A stretch of DNA of 6,191 nucleotides from Octopus sinensis (taxonomy: Eukaryota). The translations under genes were made by a program, and so were the position numbers. How positions within the stretch are numbered: position 1 is the stretch's first letter; each line of letters begins with the position of its first letter. This document shows, piece after piece, positions 6,137 to 6,191 of the stretch. The DNA is taken from contig NW_021829537.1 of the NCBI RefSeq assembly GCF_006345805.1, positions 1 to 6,191 on the forward strand. The letters run 5' to 3'. The notes under the pieces were generated by a model that searched no databases, was not told where the DNA came from, and saw only the letters and a program-made list of their open reading frames with translations.

Positions 6137-6191
6137 GCGTTTGCCTCCACATTGTTGAACAACCGGTGTACGCCTGTTTACATACCCTAAC
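6137..6191 (+). mobile_element. Start of the 3' half of a family-A SINE, running off the window
   Basis: TTGAACAACCGGTGTACGCCTGTTTACATACCCTAAC aligns by eye with TTGACAACGATGTTGGTGTGTTTACGTCCCCAGTAAC (2915-2950) and TTGACAACCAGCGTTGATGTGTCTACGTTCCCGTAAC (1365-1401). Each follows a TG-rich tract. Confidence 0.65.

Noticed and set aside
1-6191. CRISPR array, operon, defence system or other prokaryotic feature
   Set aside because: No regularly spaced repeat-spacer units or gene-dense coding; the content is typical animal repetitive DNA.

Overview
AT-rich eukaryotic non-coding DNA made almost entirely of nested transposable-element relics and microsatellites. The SINE and dispersed-repeat sequences match ones I recall from octopus genomes, so a cephalopod (probably Octopus sp.) origin is inferred from memory, not from a database search. 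There is no intact gene, RNA gene, CRISPR array or prokaryotic feature, and nearly all listed ORFs are by-products of microsatellites or repeats. Best-supported elements: (1) a non-autonomous Helitron with a hairpin + CTAG 3' end (417-798); (2) tRNA-derived SINEs of two head types, including a full-length copy with a 13-bp TSD (2546-3069) and one with an 8-bp TSD (4083-4374); (3) a 5'-truncated RTE-clade LINE with a (TGA)n tail and 13-bp TSD (3269-3834, minus); (4) a ~286-bp MITE with ~55-bp TIRs (5810-6095). Less certain but more interesting: a minimal hammerhead-ribozyme-like motif with a variant core (5199-5233, minus) in a probable Penelope-like cassette; a decayed Ty3/Gypsy pol relic visible only after removing the LINE and a SINE; and a SINE whose internal microsatellite seems to have collected ~1 kb of nested insertions (4958-6191).
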